A stretch of 64,000 nt of DNA from Eledone cirrhosa (taxonomy: Eukaryota), in the NCBI GenBank assembly GCA_964016885.1, contig OZ024748.1, positions 55,304,001 to 55,368,000 of the forward strand. The letters run 5' to 3'. This document shows, piece by piece, positions 1 to 14,719 of the stretch. How positions within the stretch are numbered: the stretch's first letter is position 1; every line of letters begins with the position of its first letter. Below the pieces are notes generated by a model. The model saw only the letters and a list, made by a program, of their open reading frames with translations. It was not told the DNA's origin and searched no databases. The position numbers and the translations under genes are program-made.

Positions 1-929
1 TTGAACAATTATATTTTAGTATGGATTAGTCACAGTAAAAAGCACCACATCGATAGACTATTGTAGACTCCTAACCCAACCTCTGGCAAATCAGAGAATG
101 TGTGATAAAAGCTACGACTCAGAGGTTATCCATATATCGGATACCTGGTCTTAGTGTTTGCTACTACTGGTTTCATTTAAAGACAGTTCAAATCAGCTAA
201 TACATTCAAATTGAGCGACAACTTACGTTTTGTTATTTTTACGATAAATTGCTAGACCCTAGAACCGATATTCCGTCAGAGACGTCGCATTTATTTTATT
301 TCTTGAAACTTCAGGGGATTTGATGCAGTTGTTCATAGCCATTATGATAAGTCAGGTTGTAAAAATAAGGGCTTCAGTTATGTGACTACTGTCTACAACC
401 TCTATTCAGCTATGCTACGTATATTGAATATTTCAACGAGAAAGAGATTTTCAAGTAGAGCTCCATTACAATAAAATACAAAAGCTAATCCTTTGAAAAA
501 CTGTCATTGGCAAAATCCTGCATTTTGAGATTCGTAACTAAGTTCAGTGACATCCGACTTAACTGTTTAAATATGACATATAAGCCTTGTTATTTCTTTT
601 ATCGACCATCTTATTCCTTTCATCAATCAAAGAGTTTCCTTTCTTCAAAACGGCAACAGTCTCAAACGATAAATCTTTATGTACACAATAGACAGTTCTT
701 CTTCTACAAAAATATCGGTGAATTTCAATCAAAATGTTCCTATCGATAAAATACTTCTAACCCACACACTTCCAACAACATATCCTTACACAAACCCTAT
801 AGTTTAGGTTGCTCTCAATATTAAAAATACATCTTAAAGTTCAAAACTGTGCTAATGTAGCACCCATTCCATGTTTTTACATCATTCTTGTAACTTGATA
901 TGGATCTCATATCTTTTCTGCATGAAACC

Positions 930-1280
930 CTCAATCTCTGTGACTTCGATACTAAACTCCCTTGGGTTGTTGTGACATCTTTACTGGTCCATTCTCTGAT
1001 GTTATACACCCATTTTGTCTTCAAACAACTTTGCATTCCTTCCCCACGAAGACTTTGTCTTCCTTCCCCATGAACTAATCCTTAGTGAACGATCGTTGTC
1101 AACCTATGCCATCTCATTGATTAGCGAGTCTTCGTATTTGCCCACATGTTATTTGATAGCCGAGAAATTCTTTAATTGCTGATGTGTTCTGTGTAGATAT
1201 CCATAAATCTTCTTTTGTAATTCTGCTGTATGCTTTCATGTCTCGCAGGTATATAAAAGATGGAGAGTACAAGACCCCCC
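930..1280 (-). mobile_element. Degenerate RTE-like LINE 3' fragment
   Basis: Minus-strand translation gives KWVYNIREWT, resembling the C-terminal W..NI..WT motif of RTE ORFs. The reading is broken by frameshifts and the boundaries are approximate. Confidence 0.4.
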
Positions 1281-1563
1281 AAAAAAACATTCAGATCAAC
1301 TTTGTGATTGATATCCCTGTCTTACCGTTGTTAATGCTGTTGATAAAAAGATCACATGCTGTTGATAAAAAGATCACTTGTACTCAATAATCTGTGAAAC
1401 TTACAACAGATTCGTCCGAATGTGATGAGATTCCAAGAAAGTTAGTTTTGGCAATAGGTTTGCTCCTCGCTAATAAAACATTTTAGCTTCACACATTCAT
1501 GAACACAGTATGAGCATTTAAAGAGATCTGCATTACGCGAGTACTTAAAAAAGTTGTGTACAC

Positions 1564-1798
1564 CAGGCATGTCAAACAACGGCCCACGGGTCATATGCGG
1601 CCCTTTACAAGTACACCTGCGGCCCGCACAAAACTTTCTACAGCGCGAAAATGTTTTATCTTCGTAATATAAAATATAAAGAATTAGCTGTAATGTGCAC
1701 AATTAGTTGCCACGTGGGTCACATATCTGTTGAGGGCCCGCAAACATTACATATGTGACCCATGTGGCCCTCGGGAAACCCTCAGTTTGACATGCCTG
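1564..1798. mobile_element. hAT-superfamily MITE
   Basis: Perfect 14-bp TIRs CAGGCATGTCAAAC / GTTTGACATGCCTG, near-identical 8-bp flanks GTGTACAC / GTATACAC, and internal GGCCC subterminal motifs. Confidence 0.85.
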
Positions 1799-2139
1799 GT
1801 ATACACTACTTAGAACTATTATTGTTCTGTTTAACTCGACATCTCTGGCACGTTGTCTCCTATACTACGCACTACCCACATCTCCCGTGTTCTCCATCCC
1901 TCTTTCAAATCAAAGACCAACGCATTGAAAATGAAGCTGTTATGGATGATAATTTTTCGAATCATAATATCCTGATGTATCTACTCTCTTTCACTTTACT
2001 GTCTATATGTTTTCTAATGTAAATAAACAGGCTTTGATTCTGCAGGACAAAAAACAAAACCTGACAAAGAGTGGAAGAAATCCTAAGAGTCAACAGCCAT
2101 CCAAATATGTGTAAATATGTATATATATGTATGCTTGTG

Positions 2140-2232
<93 letters not shown>

Positions 2233-2618
2233 ATAAACATGTGTATGTATATACGTGGGGACATAGAAATAATCGGGCTGGATACCTGATCGCACGGTTA
2301 AACCACTGGGAGTGAAGGACCCCTAGCCTTTGACAGGGCATTTTTCTAGAAGAAGGCAACTCAAGAAACTGGGATAACACTGATATAAAACCTGCGACTC
2401 AGTAGTTACCGATGATACTGATCTCTTCTTCTTTTCGAGTTATAGCTACTGTCGCTCAGAGAATGGGATTGGCTCAGTGCACAGTCTGTCCTCACTTTAA
2501 ATTAACTCTTCACGCACAGGAATTCACGATACCATTAATTGATAATTATCAATAATGTTATATCGTGCAATGGCCATACTCGATAACAAGGGGGCAGACA
2601 TCATATATATATATATAC

Positions 2619-2672
2619 AGTCGTTCCTTTACTGTCATAGTATATATATATATATAGTCGTTCCTTTACTGT

Positions 2673-2736
<64 letters not shown>

Positions 2737-2749
2737 GTTCCTTTACTGT
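2619..2749. repeat. Three copies of AGTCGTTCCTTTACTGT separated by (TA)n tracts
   Basis: Copies start at 2619, 2656 and 2733. Confidence 0.9.
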
Positions 2750-4022
2750 TATAATATATAATATATATATATATATATATATACCAATGACATTTTTGTC
2801 CAAGTTTCAATTCATCTGATAGGACAATTTTACATAGTGAGATATAAATTCCGTAGGAAATGGAGAAATATTACAATTCATAAGGCTAGTTTGATGTGGT
2901 GAGAAGAACGCACCATTTAGTCTAATATGCTTAAACATAACATAATCTTAAACAAACCATTGTACTGATGGCGCTTGATGGTCAGTGTCACCAAGTGTGT
3001 AGTTAAACAAATGAATAAATAAACAAATGCACAAACAAAGAACATCCTAAACGAGTCTCTATACTCAAGGTGTCTCCATGAGGTCTGAAATTGTTAGGCA
3101 ATGTCAAAAGGAAAATAAACAAATCTGAAAAATAAAAATATAAAAAATCACATACAAACAAGTAAAATATTTCTCCATGAATGATTAGGATAAAAGAAAT
3201 AAAGTGTTAAATAATAAGCCCAGACACATATACATATATGTGTATATATGTATAAATTTAATGCATATATATACATGCTTTTGTGAATGTGTATGACTAT
3301 ATTGTTTATTATGCATAGCAATATAGGTCAGCCGTGAGTTAAATTTTAAACGTCGTTGCTCTTTGAAACAAAGTTCGTAGTGAACAGAAACTAAATAGAA
3401 TATATATATTTTTTTTACTAAGTAACCAGCTGAAATCCTGTCTTTCAACTTAACAACACATAATAAATTACAATCATACATAATGACAAGAGAAACTTGA
3501 AATGAAATGAACAGAAAAAAATTATGACTAATCTTGTCTAAAAAGGTGACACCATAACATATTTGAACACTATTTTATTGTTATGCATGTGCATATGTAT
3601 ATATGTATCTATCTATATATATGTATGTGCATGTATGTATGCAAGTAGGTATGTAATGTAAGCATGTATAGTCGCACACACTCACACACACAGCCATATA
3701 TACATATATACATTATAAATACATAACTGAGCCAATATGATTGAGCGAACATGTACAATCAGTAACCTGCAATTATAGAAAACCTTCCTACATATCCTTG
3801 CTCTTTCCTTTTACTAATTTCCTTTATGGTTACATACAGATGCCCATAAATATATATGAGCACACACACACACAGACACACACACACAGACACAGACACA
3901 GACACAGACACACACACACACGTGAGTGTGTTCAAATGTCTAAGGGAAATAACTAAGTAAATGACAATACAATGGAGAAATAAAAGTATATTTGTTTTAT
4001 GATTAAAATGACAGGAAAAGAG

Positions 4023-4057
4023 TTTTAACGTTTCGGACGCTAGTTCTTTATCAGAAA
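4023..4057 (-). ncRNA. Degenerate minimal hammerhead motif (core CTGATAA)
   Basis: Minus strand reads TTT-CTGATAA-AGAACTAGCGTCC-GAAA-CGT-TA-AAA. G8 is lost and stem II is damaged. Confidence 0.35.
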
Positions 4058-4571
4058 TTAAAACGAGTAATTGAAGCATAAAGAGAAAGATAGGGAAGAG
4101 TGAGCATTGGCAGAAACGACAAAAAAAATTATTTTATGATTATCGCAAAAATGTTTCTTTTGTGGATGTGAAAATATAAATAATCAGATTTAAACGGGCA
4201 CAATAATGATAAATATAATAAATAGTTTAAAATGATAGTTAATCGATTCCAGATCATCTCTGGAAAGGGTCCCGTTTCCAGTAGATAAGAGTTAGTAGGA
4301 GCATACGGTCATATTAAACTTACATAATCCGACATATTGCGCTTCGTTCTTATGAGGGCAACATTGTCTAGAAATCGATGATCCAAAGTAACAATCATAA
4401 TATCAATAAATAAAACATAACACATACATGCACACACACACACACACACACGTGCACACATAGTTATAGGTGTACGAAATCACACTGCCACAAGATGCTA
4501 GGTGCATCTTATGGCATTCAACAGAGTGCTACACCCTTACTAATCGAAATGAATTCCAGAAACACACACAC

Positions 4572-4630
<59 letters not shown>

Positions 4631-4697
4631 TGTATATGTTTGTATATGTTTACCTGTGCCCTAGTATGACAACCCCAATCAGTAATATGGTATATAG

Positions 4698-4881
4698 TTG
4701 TTTCTACTTTTGGCACAAGGCCAGCAATTACCCAGTACATTACTGGTATTTTATTTTATCGACCCGGTAAGTATGAAAGGCAAAGTTAACCTCGACGGGA
4801 TTTAAACTCAGACCGTAAAGGGACGTAACTATGCTTTAGGCATGGCGTCCGACCCTCTACCGATACTGTCAATTCAGCGCC
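4698..4881 (-). mobile_element. tRNA-derived SINE with Meta-like central domain
   Basis: Reverse complement has a tRNA-like head (A/B boxes) followed by a GCCTTTCAT..CGGGTCGATAAAATAAA.TACCAGT core. About 10 related copies occur in the window. Confidence 0.85.
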
Positions 4882-5010
4882 CTTGTAATATTGTATATAT
4901 TAGTGATGATTTCAACAATAATTAGTGCTCTGGAAATCTCACTTGTCTAATCGGGATCAGATTATATCAGAGCTATTCAGCGAGAATATTAGTCTCAGAA
5001 TGTTTCTTAT

Positions 5011-5120
5011 TAGAAGGCATGTCTCGTGACATGATGGTCATGGCCAGAAGGCATGTCTTGTGACATGATGGTCATGGCTAGAAGGCATGTCTCATGACAT
5101 GATGGTCATGGCTAGAAGGC
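5011..5120. repeat. 34-bp tandem repeat, about 3.2 copies
   Basis: Unit (T/C)AGAAGGCATGTCTCGTGACATGATGGTCATGGC at 5011, 5045, 5079, with a partial copy at 5113. Confidence 0.9.
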
Positions 5121-6469
5121 TTTCGATGATAAGTCAATGGCTGATCTCCATCAGGGAAGATACGTGTATAAACAATAACAACCATTAACAGCAAGAAATT
5201 ATATGAGCCGACTGAAGATTTACTCACTTCGCTAGTAATAACAATAAAATTATTTTCAAACCACACCTTACTACCTTAAAAACGAGTGGATAACGTAGTC
5301 GTAGAGACACTATGCCAATAAAAGGCACCTTGGTCGCGGCAGAGTGCTTTGATCATAAGTATGATCGATCAGTCATGGCTGACATGGGCTAATCAGTGAC
5401 AAATGGCATTTATGAACATTAACGATATGAAATAATATCAAGCTTCTTAGCGGCAACTAGCGTGAAGTTTATACTTCGCTAAGCAGGTTTAATAAGACTG
5501 AACTGTAGCTGGAGTTGTCCCCCATAGTTGTTGCTGTTATGCATTGAGTAAAGGCTGTTATTTTTGTGAAGAAATAATATTTCTATATAGTTTAGTGAAG
5601 CTCTCTGCATTAACTGTTAAGAAAATTAGCCAGACTGTTACTTTTTCTGTGCTGATGGAGTCACCATGTTATAGATATTAGCTACTAACATTAATGTAAT
5701 TATTGTTAAATGCAATTATATACATCGTTGACGAACTTTCGAAAATAGTGTAACCATCAAACTAATTTCCATGATATAAACATAACGTACGCTTCAAATG
5801 GTGATGGTTTCAAACGATCAGTAGAGCGTCGGACACAATGTATTCCGATATTTAGTCACGACTTCCTACGTCCTCAATACAAATACTCTCAGTCAACTTT
5901 ACCATTCCTTCTTTCCGGGTTGAATATATAATGTACCTTATAAGTCCTGGCGTCAGTATAACGGAAATTCACCTTCCTACACATTTCTGACCCTATGATA
6001 ATGTTAGAATAATTACTGCTTATGACAGCTTATGTACATTATTCTACATCTCCGCAGTAATATTTTTATCATTACTACACGGAATATGGTAACATATTTC
6101 TTTGCAAAAAAGGTGTAATTAGACGGAAATATGTTCTCTTTTTATTTCACGCCCTGGCCAGAATGATTAGATATCATTAGGTATTGAGTTAATATGTTTT
6201 CAATAAGGCAGAATTATTTTTAATTAGTGATGTGTATTTCACAGTATTATGTCTTAATATGAATTGAAATAGTGCCAGATAATATTAAATCAAACGTTTA
6301 CGAACCTGCCAAAAGTGTGTACCCACCAAACTCCCTTCTATGATATTGGGTTATGTTTTGCATTTCAAAATAAATCACTGGCTTGTGCAGAGTCACTTAA
6401 ATGATGAAATATTTAAAAATACGCCAATTCGACCCCTCTCTCTGTCTATATAATATATATATATATATA

Positions 6470-6816
6470 GGGCGGGTAACATTCCCGAGATCCATGGACG
6501 AGTTCTCTCCAGCGGTCTCTGTCGCTGCCATTTCCTGCGTCTCCATCAGACCAGCTAACCTCAGCCTCCTCTGTGTCACTTTTGAGCTGACGTTTGGGAG
6601 GCTCCCATACAGCTCTGAAGTTTTCAGCCTGGGCAGCGTGCCACAGCTTGAGATCGGTGTGGAAGTCGGACCTTCGTAAGGACCTGAAAATCCACCTCTT
6701 CATTGCTGTAGTGGAGTCTGTGCTGCTGTATGGATCTGAGACTTGAACACTGACAAAGAAACTCACTCAGATGGTGGATGGGTGCTACGCGAGAATGCTG
6801 AGGATGGCTCTGAACA
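6470..6816. mobile_element. RTE-clade LINE fragment with internal inversion, flanked by (TA)n
   Basis: 6627-6816 (+) reads AWAACHSLRSVWKS..LKIHLFIAVVESVLLYGSET*TLTKK..DGCYARMLRMALN. 6470-6626 (-) reads VWEP..LKSDT..DRDRWRELVHGSRE, the extreme C-terminus of the same type of ORF. Confidence 0.75.
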
Positions 6817-6871
6817 ATATATATATATATATATATACACAGCATATATATGTCATATATATATATATATG

Positions 6872-7013
6872 AAGGTGCATGGCTTAGTGGTTAGAGAATT
6901 GTGTTTGCAATCGAAAGGTTGCGAGTTCAATTCTCGGACCGGGTGATGTGTTGTTTCCTCGAGCAAGACACTTTATTTCACGTTGCTCCAGTTTACTCAG
7001 CTGTAGAAATGAG
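6872..7013 (+). mobile_element. tRNA-derived SINE (second family)
   Basis: A box TGGCTTAGTGG, B box AGTTCAATTCT, then GAGCAAGACACTTTATTTCACGTTGCTCC, which is also present at 51002-51074. Confidence 0.75.
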
Positions 7014-7204
7014 ATGATAGGACTGGGGTCCCTACCATTAAATCACCCAAGACACCTCCAACGAAATATACCTTGGAGGAGGCCAGCTAAACCTGCATAG
7101 GTGTGAGCTGTAACGACAACAACAATATATGTCATCTATCAATACTTTTTCATATACCTAATGTACTAGAATATAGCCATCAATATCATGAAGCTATATT
7201 CTAG

Positions 7205-7790
7205 ATTTCAAGATGAGATACTGACAAATCCCGGCATGGTCACTTTTTCCATGATAAAGCTGACTGTCATATGGAAAAGTAGCTCCATCAAATTTCCGAC
7301 GAATCTCAAAATATACAAGTTCATGGTGACTTCAGTCCTTTTGTATGGTTATGAATGTTGCACTTTCACAGCTGACATGGAACGAAGAAACTATGTATTT
7401 GAGTACAAGTGCTTCAGAAGGTTGCTACGAATCCTTTACAGAGCACAAAACACACAGCGTTGTCAGGCAGCAAGTTAACAAATATGTTGGCAAATATGAA
7501 CTACTCGTTGCAATGGTGAAAAGACAGATGCTTGCCTAGTATGACCATGTGTCCCACCACAACTCCTTCTCTAAAGCCATTCTCTAGGGCACACTCGAGT
7601 GGGGGTGAAGGAAAGGCAGACAAAGAAATTCCTGGTCAAACAACATCAAAGACTGGGCAGGGCACAGCACCGAGACCCTTTTACGCATGACAGAGAATAG
7701 AGAGCAGTGGTGACGGCTGATATGAAAGCGTCTAGAGTGGCACTCCAACGACTGGCTCCACCAATTGCGGCAACGTAATTGATTGAATGG
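7205..7790 (+). mobile_element. RTE-clade LINE 3' fragment, degenerate
   Basis: Translation includes IWKSSSIKF..LKIYKFMVTSVLLYGYEC..FEYKCFRRLLRI..VKRQMLA*YDHV..RKGRQRNSWSNNIKDW, with stops and a frameshift. Confidence 0.8.
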
Positions 7791-8280
7791 TACACAGTCA
7801 CATGTAAACAAACACTCATACACATACAATTAGAAATTAAACTCAAGAAGGGTGCACAAGTACACAGCTATTAAATATATTGTTGCATTTTCACCTTAAC
7901 GGAAACACACTTCTAGCCAATGAGGTGCTTACCTGAATTAGTCACCGATGTTGTTTACTCTTATTTCATGAGAACACTACACAGACACACACATACACAT
8001 ACACACATACACACACACACACGTGTGTGTGTGTACGTGTATGTGTGTGCATACGGGATTTGTGTTTGTACTAGTGGGGCCCTTCGTTTGTTTAGGATTC
8101 AGTGTTTGTATGTAAGGTGGGAATGTTCTATTATCAAAGGAGTTTCAGAACATAGGAAATGTATCATAAATGAATCAAAGCTTAGATCGGTAAGAAATAG
8201 TTAAGAACATTTATTGTATTGGAAATTTCTATATGCGTGTATTCATATGAACAATGCCACACATAAATATAAAGACGCAG

Positions 8281-8412
<132 letters not shown>

Positions 8413-8617
8413 TCTTCATGAAGACGACAAAAAAGGACTAGGGCGCAAATGTAAAATATAGTAAATAAAGGGTGACAATATACATGAGCAAAATGTGAGT
8501 ACAGTGGGTACAATGTGTTTACCGTGGAACGTAGAGTGAGTGCTGTGGAAATGTTTACGCCGAATAGAAGGAAAACGATCCGCCCTTTCAGTTTAAACGC
8601 TATATCAACTTATATAA

Positions 8618-8737
8618 TGGTTTCTTATATAGGCACAAGGCCAGCAATTTTGGAGGAAGGGGAAAGTCGATTAAATAGACACCAGTGCGTGACTGGTACT
8701 TTATTTTATCGACCTCGTAAGGATGAAAGGCAAAGTT
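8618..8737 (-). mobile_element. Meta-like SINE, head missing
   Basis: GGCACAAGGCCAGCAATT..ACTGGTACTTTATTTTATCGACCTCGTAAGGATGAAAGGCAAAGTT. Confidence 0.8.
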
Positions 8738-9384
8738 CCATCCCATAATTTAGGCTTTTTCACGAATATACCTTATTTTATATAACGCAAGGCTTCCCAC
8801 CGACAAAGAAATACCATTAAGACTTTAATATACACAATGTTGAGTGGGATTACTCTCTTTATTATGTATTTCTTATTGATGCAGCCCACGCCTTTCTATT
8901 CGTGAATGAATATCTCTGACAGGCCTTTTCTTTCGCGAGACTCAGTTATTACAAACTATTCAAAATAACTCATGAAAATGGAAATGTAGGCGCTGCGCTT
9001 CTGTAAATATTACGAAATGTGAAATGACGAAAGTTGCATACCTAAATGGCAGTTTTAACCTAAATATACACCAGGAAAATGGTAGCAATAACTGAGAGAA
9101 TTTACTTGTCTAAGAATGGGCTGGGTAATCCTAGGTTTTATGGGGGTTGTCTTGGATGGACCTATGTAGTGATTCCCTGATTTCTGGATCAATACATTGT
9201 ACTTTTGTCTGTTCTTTATTGTTATGCGTAGTTATTTCTTTATTGCTGTTTGTCTACTTCATGGTGATTTTACAATTCAACATGATATACGTATTTCTCT
9301 GGCTTAGTTCTTCAACCTTATTCTGTTCGTAAAGAATTCATCTCTTCTCAGTAGTAATTGAATTAATGCTATCTATGAGAATAA

Positions 9385-9555
9385 TGATTTTTATTATAGG
9401 CAGAAGGCCAGTTATTTTGGGGTAGAGGAATGTAGATTAAATCAACCCAAGTGCGTGACAGGTACTTTATTTTATCGACCCTGTAAGAATGAAAAGCAAA
9501 GTTAACCTCGGAGGGATTTGAACTCAGATCGTAAAGGGACGTAAATCTATGCTGC
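9385..9555 (-). mobile_element. Meta-like SINE, partial
   Basis: Same core plus B-box complement GGATTTGAACTCAG. Confidence 0.8.
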
Positions 9556-10365
9556 ACAGCTAACCATAATAATGAAAAGAAAATAATAACAATAATTATC
9601 ATTATAATAGTAAAAATAAGTATGATGAAAATAATAATATTAAAATTAAAAATAATTATATTTATTATTTTAATTTTTGTTAACATTATTGCACTATTTG
9701 AAATAAATACTGTATCATTTCATTACAAGAAATATAATTATCAATCTCTAATTTTAATTATTATAAACGTTATAATTTTAATCATAATCCTCGTCAATGG
9801 AAATCTAATAATAATTATTATAATTTCAATAATAACTCTCATCAATAGAACGATCCGTGATTTATAATAATTTAGCCAATTTCTTTAAGTATAGTTAACA
9901 TGCTAGTTCTTCCCCTTTGCCGTCCAGTCGGTGAGGAAGAAGGAAAAATGGGTAGGGGGTAGAGTTGATGATGATGTGAGAGTAGATGGCAAGAAATCAA
10001 AGGGAGAAAAAGTTAACATTAGGGAATCCTCTCATTTGTGCTTGCAAAGACACTGTATAAAGATGAAAGGAAATGTTGAAACAAATTTCATACGCAGACG
10101 AAATACGCATTGCATGATTCTTGCTTGTAGCAAATTGCAATATGAACCCCAACATGGAAGCAAGTCACTGCGTCAATATCACAGAAATTGATGTATCCTA
10201 ATACCGGAAGTGCGATTCGGTGAGCTGCTTTTGCTGATATTCCGAAATCCAGTTTGTGACGTAGTATTACAGTGTGTAAGTAAACAACAGCTATGCAAAT
10301 ATGTAAGCCTTTGTAATTAATAGTAGTAGTGGTAGTCGGAATCTCGGACTCAGACGGCAGACGTT

Positions 10366-10400
<35 letters not shown>

Positions 10401-10471
10401 CATACACACACATAAACACACACTTATATAAACACACACATATATATAAAAACACAAACAAACACACACAT

Positions 10472-10502
<31 letters not shown>

Positions 10503-10662
10503 ACACACACATGCATATATGCATATGTGTATGTATGCATGAGTATATATAAAAATTACTTATATATCATAAATAAATATATATATAAGGACGTATGCAT
10601 GCATGTACATACACTTTAACAGCACTTAAATAAAAGTATATATACATTTTTGGGGGGACGCG

Positions 10663-10697
<35 letters not shown>

Positions 10698-11040
10698 GTG
10701 TGTATGGTTGGGAAGCAGAAGCAGGATGGACATAGAGATAAGAAGGAAGGGAAGGCCAACGGGAGGCAGAGGAAACATGAAGAGTGGAAAATGAAGAAAT
10801 AAATTAAATCTTTTTGTGGCTTCCATGTACTCAAATACAACACATAAGGTTCATGACAGTATCCCACTTTTGACAGAAAAAATACCAACTAATTACATTA
10901 AGTTATTACTGGATAGCATGAAAGCCTCCACGACATCATTTTGACAAGTTAAACATTTTACGACCAAATAGCACACACAATAACTTCAACACACACACAC
11001 ACACAGAGTTTATGAATTTATATATATATATATATATATA

Positions 11041-11352
<312 letters not shown>

Positions 11353-12668
11353 ATCGGTACACACATATATATATATATGAGAAGGGTCACCTAGCGACTG
11401 AAACCATCTAAAGCTCTCCAAAAGCTGGTTTAGGTATGTGAAGAAGTAACAATATCTCAGGTACAGATGATCTATGAAACATCTCATCCTGGCTTCACGT
11501 AATCCTTTGACCAATGACCCAGTGCTAAATCTTACAGAAGAACAGACTTCACAAAATTGCATAAAGTTCAGGTATTAATGATAAAGAAGGTGATGGGTTA
11601 CATCTAACATCCAAATATATGTACTGTCCATTCCTTGACCTTCTGCAATGTTTCCACCTGCCCAGTGTGGATTGTAATGCTGACATCAATATAATATATT
11701 TGCTCAAGCTGCTAAGCAGCGCGGGATCGAACACGGAATGCAGTGATTACAATGAACATTTTTTTTATCGTAGATTCATGCCAGCATTCAATATATCCAG
11801 TTACTTGCATTACTATATGTAATATACGTTTTGGAAACCCAATTAGAGTCATCTCTCTAATTCTTATATTTATATACTATTTCGAGAAATGAAAAACCTA
11901 AAAAAAACCATTAAACACCATCTAGCTCTCCTGTTTAAGAAAAGAACATATTAAAATGTTTTAATGTGAATACATATGAATAAGATTATACATTCTGTGT
12001 GGGAGACGGCTAGGAGAAATATAACGATTTAAAACTTAACTAATATTGTGATTCTTTCAAGAACTGGAATAAAAATTTGGCAATGTCTGGATGTGATGTC
12101 CACGGGGTTTCTTTAAACTGTTAATTACTTCTCCGATAAACTTCAACTTGATTTTGCTGATGGTGAAAAGCAATAAATATGATACTCATTAAGAATCCCA
12201 ATCTAATTACATATGATAAGATGCCTGTTATAAAGATTTAAATAAATCTTCAACTAGATTTATACATATAATCGTGAAATTACCGTTTAATGTCTACATG
12301 TATTTACGTTTATTTATAGATACTCATATATGGCTGACTTAAACATACATTTTCCCCTTGTGAAAAATATAATTTTTTTTCTATCTCTCATCTAACATTT
12401 GATAAAGGGTTAATGTTTGAAAGCTTATCAAACCTAAAACTAATATATACCATCGCTGTTCCATACTGTTCTCCTGTGTTGTTCTTCCTTGTTAAACTTT
12501 CCTATACCCTCACGCTCACTCACACGCACTCATAATCTCACTCACATACGTAAAATGATAGAAAATAGCAAAGACAAAGCTACATCTTTAGTTTTCTTAC
12601 AATTGGTCACAGATCTTGCATTATTCAGAAGAATCAGCCGAATGATTTTCGTTATAGAAACTAGGTCG

Positions 12669-12722
<54 letters not shown>

Positions 12723-12762
12723 GATATTAAACAAATGGAAACTATATTTATAAAACCATATT

Positions 12763-12828
12763 TATTTCATTATATGTATTTCAGGGATATCATATTAAAA
12801 ATATGGTATGCCTTCCTCAGACAAAATA
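12763..12828 (-). ncRNA. Type I hammerhead ribozyme motif (minimal, Penelope-like)
   Basis: Minus strand: TATTTTGT-CTGAGGA-AGGCATACCATATT TTT AATATGATATCCCT-GAAA-TACATA-TA-ATGAAATA. Stem I is 8 bp with GU pairs, stem II is 12/14 paired, and the cleavage triplet is AUA. Confidence 0.75.
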
Positions 12829-13182
12829 CAATATATAAGCCGTTTTATAAATAAATTTGACATACCTTAAAATAATGCAACTTCCATTTAAAAAGTTGAT
12901 TTGGTAGTGAAACTGTTAAGGACAGTTATAAAGAACGACGAAGAAAAACGAAGAGAAAAAACGAAGAGATATATATATAATGTATATACATTCATTCTTA
13001 AGTACATTTAACTGAGAAGAGGAATGTATGTATTAGTTGTGGCAATAGGTGTGGATCATTACCTGGGTTGAAGCCTTATACTCATTACCTAGTCAACACG
13101 AACACAGATCCTCCCCATATATATATACAGTATATATATATATATGTGTCTCTGTACATCGATAGTTATTTTATACACACAA

Positions 13183-13254
<72 letters not shown>

Positions 13255-13845
13255 TTGGGAGAGAGAGAGAGAATTATGTATGTCACTTATGCAATAATTG
13301 GTATCCATTTCCTCTTCCTTCGACAGTTATATATCTTTTCCTTTCTTTCTTCCCTTTCTTCCCTTACTGTCTCTATCTCTGTTTCGTATCAAATTCTCTC
13401 ACTTACCAATGAGCTAGTTGGAATCCAATGAAGCAAGGATTGGTTTTAGGACGATTAGCGGAAAGTATTATCACACGCGAAAGTCACACAGACGCAAGCA
13501 CATGCACACATTTACACACACACACACATACTCACACAGAGGCATTCACGTTTACATTGGTACAAACGAAATCGTGTATATAGTTATACGCTAATAGTCT
13601 CAGTAAAATAGACCAGACACCCTCACACTTCCAATAATGTATTTGCTTAATTATACACGTACTCCGAAAAATACTCTTTTCATGATGCACCATATAGCTG
13701 TTTGTACAGTTATTTCAACATACATTGGCGTATACACACTATTACACAGATATATACACATAAACATGCATGCATAGGCACACACACACCATATCCATAT
13801 GCCTACCTGCTAACACAGGCGCATATAGATATGCATCCAGGCAAA

Positions 13846-13896
<51 letters not shown>

Positions 13897-13964
13897 AGAT
13901 GGATTCAGTTAGAAAGTGGTTAGACCATTACTCATCAGAGTACTCAATACTTGCAGTAGTAGAG

Positions 13965-14013
<49 letters not shown>

Positions 14014-14020
14014 AGGCGTG

Positions 14021-14099
14021 TGAACATGTTTCTCTATATGTTTGTGTGCATCTGTTTAAATGTATACACCTGCAGGTATGAACAAATGGTTGATTCGGT

Positions 14100-14141
<42 letters not shown>

Positions 14142-14259
14142 TATTTATATATGTATGTATATATATATATATATACATATACCGAATCAACCATTTGTTC
14201 ATACCTGCAGGTGTATACATTTAAACAGATGCACACAAACATATAGAGAAACATGTTCA
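14021..14259. repeat. 81-bp perfect inverted repeat around a (TA)n spacer
   Basis: 14021-14101 is the reverse complement of 14179-14259. Confidence 0.9.
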
Positions 14260-14582
14260 GGCGCATTCACACACATACACACACACTCACACACATACGC
14301 AGGCTCACACTTACACATACATGCTCACACTTACACACACTGCCACTTACACATACTGCCACACTTACACATACTGCCACACACAAGCACATAAACAACC
14401 TCATACTATATACTTCATGTAATAACACGATAAACACATACTTTTGCCGATACACACATACACACACACACGCAAACACACACAGACATACACAGACACA
14501 GACATACACACCCACCCACATACAGACACACACACACACACATACCTTCCTTCACACATACTACATATAATGACACACACAC

Positions 14583-14617
<35 letters not shown>

Positions 14618-14668
14618 CTAATCTTCCTCCACAGAAACACACACAGTGATACTCTATACTTCATGTAA

Positions 14669-14719
<51 letters not shown>

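Noticed and set aside
2619-2749. Direct repeats with spacers, superficially CRISPR-like (also the 34-bp repeat at 5011)
   Set aside because: The spacers are pure (TA)n or absent, the context is eukaryotic and there are no cas genes.
6872-6945. tRNA gene candidate
   Set aside because: It has A/B boxes but no complete cloverleaf and continues into a SINE body, so it is a SINE head.
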